In this document: one piece after another, positions 26,623-41,404 of the stretch
Layout of the letters: each line of letters starts with the position of its first letter
Numbering within the stretch: the stretch's first letter is position 1
NCBI RefSeq assembly: GCF_036321535.1
Contig: NC_087436.1
Span: forward strand, 39,620,001-39,684,000
Source: Camelus dromedarius
Taxonomy: Eukaryota
Reading direction: 5' to 3'
Length of the DNA: 64,000 nucleotides
Position numbers and translations under genes: made by a program
Notes under the pieces: model-generated
The model's input: the letters and a program-made list of their open reading frames with translations, nothing else
Told to the model about the DNA's origin: nothing
Database searches by the model: none

Positions 26623-27299
26623 TGGCAAAAGGAAAATTGTACACATCTATGGACAGGAAAAGATCCAGTTTATTTAAAGTACTATCTAAAGCAACTGCAC
26701 AAGGATGTATGTGGGAAAAATAATTATCCCCAAAGACTGTTTTACGATGAACTAGAGAGGCTTTGGGGTAAGAATTTGTGTGCGCATGCAAAAAAAAAAA
26801 AAAAAAAAAAAAAAAAATTAGGAGAGGGCAAAGAAAACATACTGCTTGAAACCATGGAAAACTAATAAATATACATGACAGTAAACAGCTTTCTAAAGAC
26901 AGGTACACTGTGCTGCACATGATTTGTACAATTGCCCCTGGCTTAAAAATGAGCACCAGTACTATATTCACAAAAGCTGTTAAATTCTTCTGATGTTCAA
27001 AGCTGCAGGAAACTGTTTCATATCTTTATTCTCATGAAGCCAGTAGACTGCATTATAACTTTATGCAACTATTTTATCTGGCAAATTGAGTGGAGAAAGA
27101 AGAGTTAACTTACTATGAGTTATAATTCCTAGTTAATAAATTGTAACACACAACAGTAAGTAAAGAAACAATAGTTTAATGAGGATAAAGCAAAGAGGCA
27201 TTTTTTCACTTTAAATGTACTTCATTAGCACAGTTCATCCTCTGGGGGGCAGGGAATAATGAGACCATACAGCCTTTGCCTCTGGATCTAAGTCTGTTT

Positions 27300-28260
27300 A
27301 AAAGCAACAAACAGTCTGATTAAAAAATGGGCAGAAGACCTGAACAGACATTTTTCCAAAGAGGAAATGCAGATGGCCAACAAGTATATGAAAAGATGCT
27401 CAGCATCACTAATCATCAGGGAAGTGCAAATCGAAACCACAAGGAAGTATCACCTCACACCTGTCAGAATGGCTGTCATCTAAAAGAACACAAATAATAA
27501 ATGTTGGCGAGGATGTGGAGAAGAGGGAACCCTTGTACACTGTTAGTGGGAATGTAAATTGGTCCAGCCACTGTGGAACAGAGGTTCTTCAGAAAACTAA
27601 AAATAGAACTATCATATGACCTAGCAATTCTACTCTTAGGTATATACCTGAAAAAACCAAAAACATTTATTGAACAAGATACACACACCCCCAGTTTTCA
27701 TAGCAGCATTATTTACAATTGCCAAGATATGGAAGAAACCTAAGTGCCCATCAACAAATGAATGGATAAGGAGGATGTGGTAAATATACATATATATACA
27801 ATGGAATATTACTCAGCCATAAAAAAGAACAAAATTTTACCATTTGTAACAACATGGATGGGCTTGAAGTGTATTAAGCTGAGTGAAATAAGTCAAGACG
27901 GACAAATACTATATGATATCACTTACATGTAGAATCTAAAAAATACAACAAGCTAGTGAATAAAACAAAAAAGAAGCAGACTCACAGGTATAGAGAACAA
28001 ACTAGCGGTTACCAGTGAAAAGAAGGAAGGGGCAGGGGATTAGGAGGTACAAACTATTATGTATAAAATAAGCTGCAAGGATATACTGTACAACACAGGA
28101 AATATAGCCAATATTTCATAATAACTATAAATGGAGTTTAATAACCTTTAAAAATTATGAAATTAAAAATATGAAAAATATACCTGTAGCTTATATAATA
28201 CTGTAATCAACTATACTCAAAAAAAAAAAAAAACACAAAACAAAACCAAAAAGCAACAAA
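27300..28260 (+). mobile_element. L1 3' end (ORF2 C-terminus, 3' UTR, poly(A))
   Basis: aaaaaatgggcagaagacctgaacagacatttttccaaagagg... and a tail of A13 plus (caaaa)n. Confidence 0.9.
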
Positions 28261-28344
28261 TAACTGGCTAGCACAGAAGGAGCTCTCAGCACCAGCTGCA
28301 ACTTGCTGCAAGCCAGATGAAGTGTGAGGCGCTGAGCCACTTGG

Positions 28345-31300
28345 CGGCAGTTCAAGATGGCAGCATCAGAAGATTCTGACTCACCTTCTTCCATAGACAC
28401 ACCAAGTCCACAGCTACATATGGAACAATTCCTGAAAAAGACCTGAAATCAGCTGAACAGTTCCTCCACAACAGGATAAAAGAGCCACACTGAGATGGGT
28501 AGGAGAGACAGAGATGGAGTATCACCACCCCCTCTCCCCACTGCAGTAACTCACAGTTTGGAGCTAGCCCATGAAAATGGCACTTTTCCTTCAGGAGTGA
28601 GAGGTTTGTGCCCGACATCAGGCACCCCAACCTTGGGGACCTACACTGGAGAGACAAGCCCCTAAAATGCCTGGCTTTTAAGACGAATGAGGCTTATGTT
28701 CTGGAGATTCACAGGACTGTGGGGAACTGAGATTTTGCTCTTAAAGTGCGCATGCACAGACTCATTGGCCCCAGGACCCAGTTCAAAAGCAACTGTTTGC
28801 AAAGAACCTAGATCACATGTGGAGGAGATTCATTTGCTAATCTTAAAGCATTTGTTGGAGGGGCAGGGGCCTCTTGGGACTTTCTCTGGGTCTTGAGGCA
28901 CTTTCTTCTTTGCTAGCTGTGGTAAGCACGTGGTCGCAGCTCTCTCCTGCTGCCCCACTAAAGCCAGCAGACATGCCTGATTCCTGTGCTTCCCTGCTAA
29001 AACTGGCTGGCATGCCCAGCCCTGTACTCTCCTGCTATCTTGCTAAATCCCTGGGCACATGCAGTCCACAAAGGGGACACCCCTTGAACATCAGATTGAC
29101 CTATATATATAAACATTCTATCAAAAAGCAGCAGAATACATATTCTTTCTTCTCAAGTACACATGGAACATTCTCCAGGACAGATCATATGCTCAGCCAC
29201 AAAACAAGTATAGATAAATAAATTTAAAAAGACTGAAATCACATAAAGCATCTTTTTGGATTCCAATACTATGAAACTAGAAATCAACTACAGGAAGAAA
29301 ACTGGAAATATCACAAATAGGTGGAGAATAAACAAATGCTACTGAACAACTAATGGGTTAGTGAAGAAGTCAAAGGAGAAATTTAAAAAAATACTTTGAG
29401 ACAAATGAAAAATACAGTATACCAAAATCTTTGGGATGTGACAAAAGCAGTTCTAAGAAGGAAGCCCTACCTCAAGAAACTAGAAAAATCTCAAATAAAC
29501 AATCTAACTTTACACCTAAAAATACTAGAAAAAGGAGAACAAATGAAGCTTTAAGTTAGTAGAAGGGAGGAAATAATTACAATCAGAGTATAAATAAATG
29601 AAATAGAGACTAAAAAGACAATAGAAAAGATCAATGAAACTAAGAGCTGGTTCCTTGAGAAGATAAACAAAATTGACAAACCTTTAGTGAGACTCACTAA
29701 GACAAACAGAGAGGGTCAAATGAATAACATGAGAAATGAAAAAGAAGTTACAATGGATACCAATAAATACAAAGGATCATAAGAGACTACTATGAACAAT
29801 TACAGGCCAACAAACTGGACAACCTAGAAGAAATGAAAAAATTCCTAGAAACATATTCCAAAACTGGATCATCTTCATGAAGCAATTTTCCAAGGCTGAA
29901 TCATGAAAATAGAAAATCTGAAAAGACTGATTGCTAGTAAGGAGACTGAATCAGTAATCAAAAACCTCCCAACAAACAAAAGTCCAGGACCACGTGGTAA
30001 ATTCACTGGTAAATTCTACCAAAATTCAAAGAAGATTTAATACCTATCCTTCTCAAATTCTCCAGAAAAATTACAGAAGAAGGAATGCTTCCAAACTTAT
30101 TTTATGAGGTCAGCATTACACTGATACCAAAACCAGACAAGGACACTACCAAAAAGAAAATTATAGGCCAATATCTGATGAACATATGTGCAAAAATCCA
30201 ACAAAATATTAGCAAAACAAATACAACAGCACATTAAAAGAATCGTACACCATGATTAAGTGGGATTTTTATGAAGGATGCAAATATGGTTCAACATCCA
30301 CAACAATCAGTGTGATACACCACATTAACAAAATGAAGGATAAAAGTCATATGATCGTATCAATAGATGCAGAAAAAGCACTTGACAAAATTCAACATTC
30401 AACAAAGTGGAAGAGCCCAGAAATAAACCCACCCATATATGGTGAATTAATTTACAACAAAGGAGCCAAGAATATATAATGGGGGAAAGGAAAGTGTCTT
30501 CAACAAATGGTGTAGGAAAAACTGCACATCCATATGCAAAGGAATGAAATAAGACTACCTTACATCACCCAAAACTATAAACTCAAAATGGGGTAAGGAC
30601 TTGACTAGACCTGAAACCACAAAGTTCTTAGAAGAAAACATAGGCGGTAAGCTCCTTGACATGGTCTTGGTGATGATTTTTTGGATTTGATTCCTAAAGC
30701 AAAGGCAAACAAAAAACAAAAATGAGCAAGTGGGACTACATCAAACTAAAAGGTTTCCATATAGCAAAGGAAACCATCAACAAAATGAAAAACAACCTAC
30801 TGAATGGGAGAAAATATTTGCAAATCATATACCTGGTAAGGGGTGAATATCCAAAATATAAAGAACTCATGTAACACTATAACAAAAACAAACAATCCAA
30901 TTCAAAAATGGACAGAGGATCTGAACAGACCTTTTTCCAAAGAAGACACATATAGGTGGCTAAGAGGCACATGAGGAGATGCTCAGCATCCCTAATCATG
31001 AGTGAAATGCAAATCAAAACCTCACCCCACACCAGTGGGATTGTAAATTGGTACAGCCACTATGGAAAACAGTATGGTTTAACTCAAAATAATTAAAAAT
31101 AGAGCTACAATATGATCCAGTAATTCCACTTGAGTATTTATCTGAAGAAAACAAGAACAATAATTTGAAAAGATATATGCATCCCTTATGTTCACTGTAG
31201 CATTATTTACAATGGCCAAGATATGGAAACAACCCAAGTGTCCATATGGATGTATGAAGATGTTTATACACACACACAGAGACATACACACACACTGGAA

Positions 31301-31822
31301 TACTACTCAGCTGTAAGAAAGGAAATCTTATTATTTGGGACAGAACTTGAGAGTATTATGCTAAGCGAAATAAGTTAAACAGGGAAAGACAGACAATGTA
31401 TGATTTCACTGGTATGTGGAATTCAAAAAACAGAACAAATGAACAAACAAAATAAAACAAAACTCATGGATATGGAGAATAGACTGGTGGTTGTCAGAGT
31501 GGAGGTGAATTGGAGGACTGGGAAAAATGTGTGAAGAGGGTGAAAAAGGTACAAATTTCCAGTTATACAATAAATAAATCATGGGGATATAATGTGCAGC
31601 ATGTTGACTACAGTCAATAATATATTGCATATCTGAAAGTTGCTATGAGAGCAAATCTTAAAAGTTCTTATCATAAGAAAAAAATTTTGTCACTTTTTAT
31701 GGTGACGGATGATAACTAGACTACTTGTGATCATTTTGCAGCATATACAAATATTGAATCATTATGTTGTACACTTCAAACTAATATAATGTTATATATC
31801 AATTATACCTCAATTTTAAAAA
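28345..31822 (+). mobile_element. Internally deleted L1: 5' UTR-like segment, partial ORF2, 3' UTR
   Basis: Begins with gttcaagatggc (L1 5' motif). EN remnant YSFFSSTHGTFSRTDHML, RT-start remnant [13 protein letters not shown], and L1MA9-like 3' end. Confidence 0.88.
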
Positions 31823-32809
31823 AGCTCAAATTACTACACATGTAACAAATCTCACTCAACAAATTACATATGAAAGATCTTGTTATACATATATTTTAAT
31901 TTAGAAATAAGTAAATTTATATAAAACTAAACAGCACATTTTTATAACTCAATATACTTTTATATCAATAGATAACAATCTACCACTTGTATGCATCATT
32001 CAAAAAATAAACTGAATTTTATATGTATGTAATTGTGATGTGTACTGAGAATAATGCAAAAAATAAAAATAACTGCAAAAAACCTTCCATATGATGCAGT
32101 ATAATTTGTGGGAAAGAAAAGGAAAACAAGATGTGAGTATGCAATTTATGCCAGGCATAACCTCATCTAGACTTCTTCAAGCTTTATGAGAAAGGTATTA
32201 TCATCATCGCTACTTTAAAGGTGAGGAGACTGGGGTTCAGATTGACTGAGTAACTTGTTCGGGTCTCTTGACTTGTATGGATCTGAGATTTGAGCACAAG
32301 TTTGCTTTAGTCCAAAGACTCATTATCTTTTCATTTTACATCTTCCCTGTGCAATAGAGAAAGATAGATCCTAGGAAGATAAATTTATTCATGAGCCTGG
32401 ATTCCTCTTTGGTTTTCCAAGGGGTCACTTTTTTTTTTTGCAATAAACTGGTTTCAGTTAATCTTCTTCCTTAGAGCAAAATAATTAATGTCCTCAATAA
32501 CTAATCATCCATACAGTAACATGGAAAAGACAAGTTATCATTATAATGCTTTAAATATATGATGTTCAACAGGCATTGAGAGAGCTTCTGTGTATTACTC
32601 TGTAGTAGGGACAGAGAAAGACATGAAAAAAAAGTATGTTACATAATCTTACCTTGAGGAGCCTACAACAATCTGATGGAAAAGCATATATGTGAAATGT
32701 GAAATGGAGGACAGTTTGTGATCCAGAACTTCAAATGAGACTTTCATGAATTAATTTAGGAATAAGATGTCCTCTAAAAATAAAGTATGAGATAAAGAAT
32801 TCATTTAGA

Positions 32810-34170
32810 CTCTCATCCATTTCTATGACATCTAAATTTATCTGAGCTGTGACCTTAATGTTGAAGTGCCCCAGGGCTGGTCCTGTTTTATTCTCTTCTC
32901 TACTGTCTTTTCCTAGGTGATTTCATCCAGTGTCGGGGCTTTAAATACCATCAATATGCTAATGCATTCTCGACTTATATCTTTCCACCTGACTTCTCCC
33001 TGAACTCTAAGCTTGCCTGACCAACTGCCTGCACACCTCCACTTGGACATCTAAAAAACATCATAAGCAGGTCCAAAAGAGAACTCTTGATTTCCCCCGC
33101 TTAATAGTAATTAACACTATGAGACAGGCACTGTCCAAAGTACTTTACATGTATTTAATCATTTAATCCTTAGGACCACATCTATGAGATGGGTGTTGTG
33201 GTGGTTCTAATTTTACACAAAAGGGAACTGAGGCACAGAGGCTAAGGGACCTGGCCAAGGCTGGTAGGTGAGGAAGACGGGATGCCAGGTCAGCCAGTGT
33301 CCTCAGTGGATGCCCTCACGGCCCCTACAGGAGACTCCTCTTCTCCCCATGGTCCTCAGCTCAGGGAACACACCATTGTGAGGCCAAAACCTTAGGAGTT
33401 ATCCTTGATTCCACCCTTTCTTGAAGCTCCCCATGTACCATCCCTTGGCAAGTTCTTTCAGCTATTTCTCCAAAACAGATCTCAAACCTGGTCTTCTCAC
33501 CATCTTAACCACTGTTATTACTCACCTTCTTTCGTTATTTTCCTACAGTCCATTCTCCATATGACAGCCAACATGATTTAAAACCAACAAACCTAAATCT
33601 GACCTTATCACTACCTTGCCAAAGATCTCCAGTAGCTGCTACCTGAAATTAGAATAAAATCCAAACTCCTCTCAAGGAGAAGGGCAGGGATCTGCCCTTC
33701 TGGAGTAATCTTGCTGCAAGCCCCTTCCTGTCCCCTATGCTCCACTCCTACTGGCCTCCCATTCCTCGCTCTCGGCCACGCTAAGCTTGTTTCACAGCAT
33801 CTCCCTTTGTGTGGAACTCTCTCACCACAGATCTTTTTATTCACTGCAGGCTTGTCTCTTCTTTCAGGTCTCAACTTAGATGTCAGAGAAGATGTTCCTA
33901 TCCAGCTTCTCCCAAATCACAAGTCTCATAGTGCCCTGTCCCCTGCCCCCACTTCCTCTCCACTCTTGATCTCTCTTGTCTCATTTTTTTCATAGCACTA
34001 CCTGAGAGTATTTTGTTCATTTGTTTATGTATTCACTGTCTGTTTCTTCTCTTCAGAGGGGTGAGATGTATGGGGTCAGTGAACTTGTCTGTCATGGTTA
34101 CTGCCATCTCCCTAGCTTCCAGAAGAATGCCTGGCCCACAGTAGACACCAATTAATACTTTTGGAGTGGA
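32810..34170 (+). mobile_element. L2 fragments interrupted by a MIR (~33105-33300)
   Basis: ggctttaaataccatcaatatgctaatg..., agaataaaatccaaactcct, and the terminus tgcctggcccacagtagacaccaattaatac. Confidence 0.75.
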
Positions 34171-35239
34171 TAGCCAAAAATGGTCTCATTTTCTTCCAGC
34201 TAATTTTTTTTTTTACCTCTAAGGTATTTAGAAGAACTAGTTTTACTCATTTTAGAAATTTTTCCAAAATGTTACTCAAATAATCTCTCCTAGTACATGA
34301 TATGTTCACATAAAAATAGCTTAAATTTATTGTGGGCCTACAGGAATTAGGCATTTGACATACACTGTCATTCTCACAGGCAACGTACATGCTGTGAAGT
34401 AGGTGTTGTTCTCATTTTAAAGATATGGAAACTGATGGTGCGAGGTTGCCCAGGGTTACTCAGCTAGAAAGGGAACAGAGTTGAGATTTGGACTCGGGTT
34501 GATCTGTCTGACTTTAGCTTCCAAGCTCTTTTCAGCAGGAATACTATGTTCAGCTATGCAACTGGCAAGAAACAGTAAATAATCAGAAAGATGAAGTGAT
34601 GATGAGCTTTTCAGTCTATGAAAATGTGAAAGCCAAGTGGAGAATGGTTGAGATCTACAAATGGTTGAGGTTGAACATAGTGATCACAGATTTTGTAAGG
34701 GCTGGGAAATTTAATTTTATTTCAAATTAAAAGTAAGCTTACAGAACGGACTCTAATAACAGCCGGTAAAGAGTAATTATATAAATACCTTTAAATATTT
34801 TAAATGTTACGTTATAAATTGATAATGAGTTAACTCAGGGAAACCAGAGAGTCCTGGAATTATATCTCTCACCTGAGGAGGCTGAAGTCAGGGAGGCCAA
34901 CCACACCTTCTCACATACACCCTTGGGTAGAGCAGTGAGGGGAAGCTTACCATGTGGATGGAGGGCAGAGTTCTAGCTCTTGGAAGAGGGTGTTCTGCTC
35001 ACCGTCCTTCCCCATAGTTACTCTGTTCCAATCAGTTGGTGCTGGGCTTCCCTTAGTAATGTTTTTAAAAATCTCACAAGTTTGCATATTTGAAAACAAA
35101 GAAAATTTATTTTCATTTTGGACAAAATGAACAAACAAGCCTAGCCCACTCTAACTGTAGCTTCTAAAAGACAAATGTTCAAAGCTTCCTAACGTAAAAT
35201 TTCTTTTCTTCATTCAAAAATAATCCCCTTGTTAATGAC

Positions 35240-35375
35240 TTTTTTCTTTTTGGAGGGGGGAGGTAAGTAATTAGGCTTTTATTTATTGATTTATTTTTAA
35301 TGGAAGTACTGAGGATTGAACCCAGGACCTTGTGCATGCTAATCATGTGCTCTACCACTGAGCTATACCCTCCCT
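35240..35375 (-). mobile_element. tRNA-derived SINE (camelid Vic-1-like)
   Basis: gaggattgaacccaggaccttgtgcatgctaatcatgtgctctaccactgagctataccctccc is the reverse complement of the A/B-box head. Confidence 0.85.
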
Positions 35376-36091
35376 CAATTAGTGATTTTTTAAAATCATC
35401 TGGTGGGGTACCTCTATCCCACCTATAATTCAGCCCGAACCTTTGTGATTCCTTTCATATCTTTGTATAAGCACATTCAGTTAGACTTGAAACACAAAGA
35501 ATATGTCCCAAACTTCTCTCTCGCTCCCCACCTCCTGCCTGTCTTTCTTTGGTCCTTCCTCTTTACTCTTCCCCTCCCCCCACAAAATACCATTTCTCTA
35601 ACCTCGTTCTTATAAACCTGTTACTCACGGCCCTCTTTGCCTCTGGAGTCATTCTTCCTGAAAGATCACAGAAGCAGTATACTTTCATTACTTTGTCAAA
35701 ATTATCCACTGCCTTCCTCTTAGGCCATACAAAGCCATCTATTTATTAGAATCACTCCCTCAAATCATCTACTTCTTGTGCCTTCAAGTAACATCTACTC
35801 TGTTCATCTCCACAGGAAGTTTCACATGTATACATATTGACTGAAATACTGTCACACAGTCTTGGTGTATGGCTCAAAAATAAGTGAAAGTAGGTACTCT
35901 TCAAGCATGAGGTTGAAATCAATCATAAGACTATTAATTCTGTTATGGCCGCTTTCCATTATATATGTGCTTTTATATGTAGAATTAAATATTTCTATAC
36001 AAAATTATTTTAACATGCTTTCTACAGAGGAAGATAATAGGGCCCATGTCTTTGGATTTTGCAGGAATAGTGAATACAATTTATTGAAGCC

Positions 36092-36280
36092 AGCATTTCT
36101 CCACACTTGCATGTCTGCCATCTACATTAGAATCATCTAGGTGAGCATATTGGACATAGATTCTTCTATTCTCCCCAGATCTACTAGGTCAAAATCTGTG
36201 AGTGTGGGATTGGGAAATCTGCAATTTAAACAAGCATTTTTAAATGATTATTTTGCCTTTTCTGATTTGGAAACTCATGA
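36092..36280. mobile_element. MER5-like hAT MITE
   Basis: ttagaatcatctaggtgagc...aatctgcaatttaaacaagc pattern. Confidence 0.6.
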
Positions 36281-38365
36281 AAATAGTCTCATCTTGATGA
36301 ATGATTAAATACATCTAAACATTTCCGAGTGAAAGACTGTTTAACATGAAACTAGTGGCAAATTCTAGGACTGTTCCTTTAAAAAATACTATGTAGCACT
36401 CTGCTTTTTGTTCATTTATAAGTTATAAGTCAATTCATCACTGGTGACTTAAAAAATATGTCTGTTTGGGGCTCATCAACAATAAAAATTCAGTTATAAA
36501 TCATTGACTGTATCACATATGAGTGGCTTAAAGGGGTGGCTTATGTTCAGTAATGATTTTGCTCCTTAGAGGCATTCGGTTGTAATAGAGAACCAGTGTG
36601 AAAGCTGGGATGGCTTTAAAAGGAAGATCTGCAGTGTATCACCTTCCTAGGCTGTCCTTGCTCTTAAAGATGGTGCATTGACATTGTATCAATTTCCAAG
36701 CACACAGCATTGAACACCGGCCTCTGCTAAGGCTCTGAATTATCCTGAAGGGCCTCCTGTCACTGACATCCATTAGAGACTGATCCTATTTAGGGAAACA
36801 GAACTTTTTTGGGTGCAATGAGCTACTGGGTCTTCACTGAGAATGGCAATTGAGTCTTCGTTCGTTCTTGTGAAGTTGCAAGTGACAATGATTTTGGAGA
36901 TCTAGTTATAGCAATAAAGTTCTAACAAGAATGAAAAATTCATCTCTCCTTTTCCATTATTCATTTGCCCCTCAGTCAGACCAATGACAATGCTTCTGTA
37001 TCAGATAAGAGATAACAGAGATTGGGAAAGTATTTTCTCTTCTCTCTTTAATCCCTTTAAATGCTTACTATATTTCTAGAGCAGATGAGCAAATTATGCA
37101 AAAATATTTTGAATATTAACTTAAACTACTTATTTGGCAAAGCAAATACACTAGAGTTAAAATGAGTCTGCATTATAATGCCTTCTTTCTCTTGAAAATA
37201 TTGTCAGATAATTTTTGTTAAAATTTTATATACAAAATTTCTTAAAGGTATTTTTCAGTAGTATATCAGAAATCCAATTCTGACAGGATACAAGTATTAA
37301 CTATTTTGATGACAGCAACTTTAACCTTTGAATGGCTTATTGTCGAAACTACTCAATTCATTTACTCAAGGGTATCAAGTGAGTTGTCCTTCTATGTGAA
37401 TTCACTTTGTTTCTTAGGATTCCTAAACAAGGAACAAGGAATGGCTCTGTTATATGTTGTGCTAGTGTATACAGATTATTGAATTCAAGATAAAGAGTAG
37501 TGAAGAGCTTCTTCTTTTTCTTCTACTTCTTTTTTTTTTCTTTTCTTTTTTTTTTTTTAAGATAGATCATTGTTCAGTGCCCCAACCAGCTGGCTTAATG
37601 TGTACATGCAGTTTTTTCTTATTTTGGAAAGCTGATTCTACTCAGTATATATAGTTCAGAGAAAAAAATAGAGACAGCAAGTTACGTAAAAATAAATATG
37701 TAAATCTAAAGGGGGAGAAAAGCATTGCTGTACCAATCCAAATCCCAGGGAATCAAAGCAAGGGAGCGAAAGAGAGAAAGGAAAAGCAGATGGACTAGAA
37801 CTCCATTGTTGTTTTTGGACTGGGGTAATTAAAGGAGAGCTTCTGAAGAGGGAAAAGTAATAAAATAAGGACCCAGAAGCTGAGGTGGGTGCAGGAACAC
37901 AAAAGAAGTCAAAGAGGATAAAATGGAAAGAGGGAAAAAAAAGTATAATGCAACTGGCAACCAGTCCTTAAGTAGCCGGTAGTCCTGGTAAATTGGCTTT
38001 TAAAATTGTTTTTTAATTAGTTTCATAATGGATATACTTTCAGAAAAATGACCTTAGAAAGTACTGAAACAGTGAATTGGTGATAATCACATATCTGCTC
38101 CTAAGGAGCAATCTTTGGAGAGCTAAATTTCTGAAACTGCCCAAGTGAATAAAGGGTACTTGCTTGCTGGTGTTAACCTGCAGAGTGTAAGGGGATAGGA
38201 AGAGTTTATGAGCACAATGATTTAATCTTTGGTTAATTACTATTGACTCAGAGAGCTAAATTAATTATTTGGTCATATGTATGTCACCGATGAGAACAGG
38301 AGCTGTCTTTTGGGGGATTGAGCAGCTACAAGAACTGCTGGTGTGATTACATGAAGAGCATAGTC

Positions 38366-38850
38366 TGTGGCAGAATATCCACAGGGAAAATCCCTTCCCT
38401 CCCCCCTGTTCCCTCCCCTCCGCGAGATAAACATGTGCTGATCCCTGAAACCCGTTATCTGGTGAGAAGGATCTTACAGATGTGATTAAGTTAAGGGCTC
38501 TGCGCTAGGGATTTATCCAAGTGGGCTAATCTAATTACATGGGTCCCTAATCAGAGGGAGATGGGGCTATGAAAAAAAGGCACAGAGAGATGTAACATTG
38601 CTAATTTTGAAGATGAAGGAAGGGAACAGGAGCCAAGAAATGTGTGCAGACTTTAGAAGCTGGAGAAGAGGCAACAGATTCTCCCCTAGAGCCACCAGAA
38701 AGGAACACAACACTGCCAGCACCACGAACTTAGCCCAGGGAGACCCACATGGGACCTCCAGCCTCCAGAACTGTAAATTAATAAATCTGGGTTGTTTTAA
38801 GCCACTAAGTTGGTGGCAATTTGTTACAGCAACAAAAGAAAACGAACACA
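38366..38850 (+). mobile_element. MaLR solo LTR (MLT1D-like)
   Basis: TG...CA ends, cagatgtgattaagttaagg, and ttgttttaagccactaagttggtggcaatttgttacagca. Near TSD tagtc/tagct. Confidence 0.85.
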
Positions 38851-38988
38851 TAGCTATTTTAGTAATTGGTGTAATTAATAATTGTAACTATGAATTATTA
38901 TTTATAATAATTATAATTATTAATATGGAAATGAAAAAGCACCTAATCTTTTAAGGGAAAAGTTCAGTATGTACCAAATGAGTAAATT

Positions 38989-39147
38989 AAAAAAATTTTT
39001 TTAATTAAAAAGTTTTTTTCTATATATATAGTTTTATTAAAGTATAGTCAGTTTACAATGTGTCAATTTCTGGTGTACACCATAATGCTTCAGTCATACA
39101 TGAACATACATATATTCATTTTCATATTATTTTTCACCATAAGTTGC
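38989..39147 (-). mobile_element. Short young L1 3' end with perfect 17-bp TSD
   Basis: taccaaatgagtaaatt at 38972-38988 and 39148-39164. Confidence 0.9.
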
Positions 39148-41404
39148 TACCAAATGAGTAAATTTTAATCCTTTAAAACTTTTAGTACACTTAGAAGTTT
39201 CATAAGACTAGTTGACTATGTTTCCTTAGTCTACAAATGTCAAGTAGGTCTCATAATTTATTCTAGATTAACATTGTGATTTTAAGATCTATTTAGTATC
39301 TGAGCTACTGTTTCATTACACATAAATGGTCTATAAAAGAATAAAAAAAATGTTTAGCTATTAATTCATTCTTCCTATAGACTAAGAGACAATATACTAG
39401 AATTTACTTCATTTTTAAAAAATTCATTTGTGTGCTCAAAAAAAATGTTAGGAATGCCTATATATAAAGCATATTAAAACACCAAAGGGACTGTAAAATC
39501 TGAGTATGTACAGAGATAAAAAGTTAAATTATCTGAATTATGGGCAATTTCTATTCTTCAGTTGAGTTAGCACCATAATTGTATCTGTCATTATTGCCAC
39601 CCTAATTCAATCAAAACTGCTAAACTGATAATAGTTACCAGAACTGCGAAGTGCCTAGAAAGAAGACACTAGTTAATAGGAAGGTGAACTTGTTAGTCAT
39701 ATCTTCAAGTAAGATCTGCCTTGGCCAAATCATTGCAGTTACTTGAGTCTAAGGTATTTCAAGAAGTGATTGATGCTAATTTTTGTTCCAAACTTATAAT
39801 GAAATCCAGGTCAAAGCTTCAGATATAACCCATCAAATTACAATAGATTCTATCTTGTATATAACTTGCTATAAAGTAGAATTTAGGAGGAAGGATTTGA
39901 CATGGAAACCATAGTACTATATTAGGGTACAATTAGGGAGCAGCGTGTGGTGGGAAAGCTCAGTTTCTGGAGCCAGGTGGAGTAGCATTTTATATCCTGG
40001 AACTGTCACTTGCTGGTTGAAAGATCTTAGGCAAGTCAATCTTAGTTAGTTTGTGAACCTCATTTTCTTCATGTAAAGTGATGGTACTTATAGTCATTGT
40101 TTTATAGGATTTTTCTGAGAATTAAATGATAATAAATATAAAACACAAAACAATGTATGTACTTAATAAATGTTACCTAGTTTGGGAGTAGCTAAGTACC
40201 CCCAAATATATCATCATAAAATAATTACATCTTTTATGAGCCTATAAGCCATCAGCACAGAAATTCAAAAGAAAATATTTTGATTTTATTGTTTGATTTA
40301 TTTCCAAGAATTATGGAATGTTTGAAAAAAATCAATCCAATGGAGGACATAACCCAATAACCGGCATATAGTAAAAGTTTCTCCTTTTCTTCACTTCTTT
40401 TACAGAAAATTGTGTTTCATTATTCATCAGTGTACTCCTCGAAATCCTTATCACAGCACCTAGTGACTTCCAGACTGAGCTGAATATATCTAGAACCTAA
40501 CTCTGTACTCAGGATTTTCTTCTTGTAATTTTCTGCTTACCCAGTGTGTAAAACTTGTCATTGCCTAGTTGAACTTTAGTACTGCCTATGATGGCCCTGT
40601 TGTTTATCATGCTTGGGAAGGATTCATTGTATCAGACCTTTAAAATGCAATTAGTCACCAGATATTCTGTTTATACATTCATGGAGAGTTCAGTAACAGC
40701 ATTTTGTATCCTTTAAATAATTTAGAACTCATTATCTGAGAATGCCATTTCATAACAAATAATTCTTTGATATTAACAGTAACAGAGATACAATCCATCC
40801 CACAATGTAACAAATTTAATAAAATGTTTTAAGTGTAAGTAGATTATGGATATGAAATAGTTTTTCCCTTTGCTAAACTATTTTCTTACTTCCCCATGCT
40901 AAATTATTGTCAAAAATTATTTCTGGAAAATTATTTCCTTAATATAATTGTTTTTTAGTTGTTAGCACACTATGGCTATTTGATTTTGATAATATTGAGA
41001 ATGATGTATTTTCCTATATATTATAAATCACATTATATCAAATTTAGAAATAAGTATTCCACCAAACCAAAAGAAAGAGAAACATGTCATATACATTCAT
41101 AAGAACAGTCCCAAATAGCCTAACTTTTGGACAATTATTAAACAATTAGGGACCAGTGGGATTCTGACACATTTTACAACCACAAACATTCAGGTGACTT
41201 CTTGGGAGCCCTATTTTTCCTAGAACAAGCAGCAATGGTTATCCATGAGGGAACAATCAACTAAGCATTGTAAACTCAACAAAACTATCTTTCAAAGACA
41301 AGGGCGAAAAAAGAAATTTGCATTTCATAAAATTGGAGAGAGTTTACCATGAATAGACTCTCATTAAAGGAACATCTAAAGGATGTGCTCCAGGAAGAAT
41401 GAGA

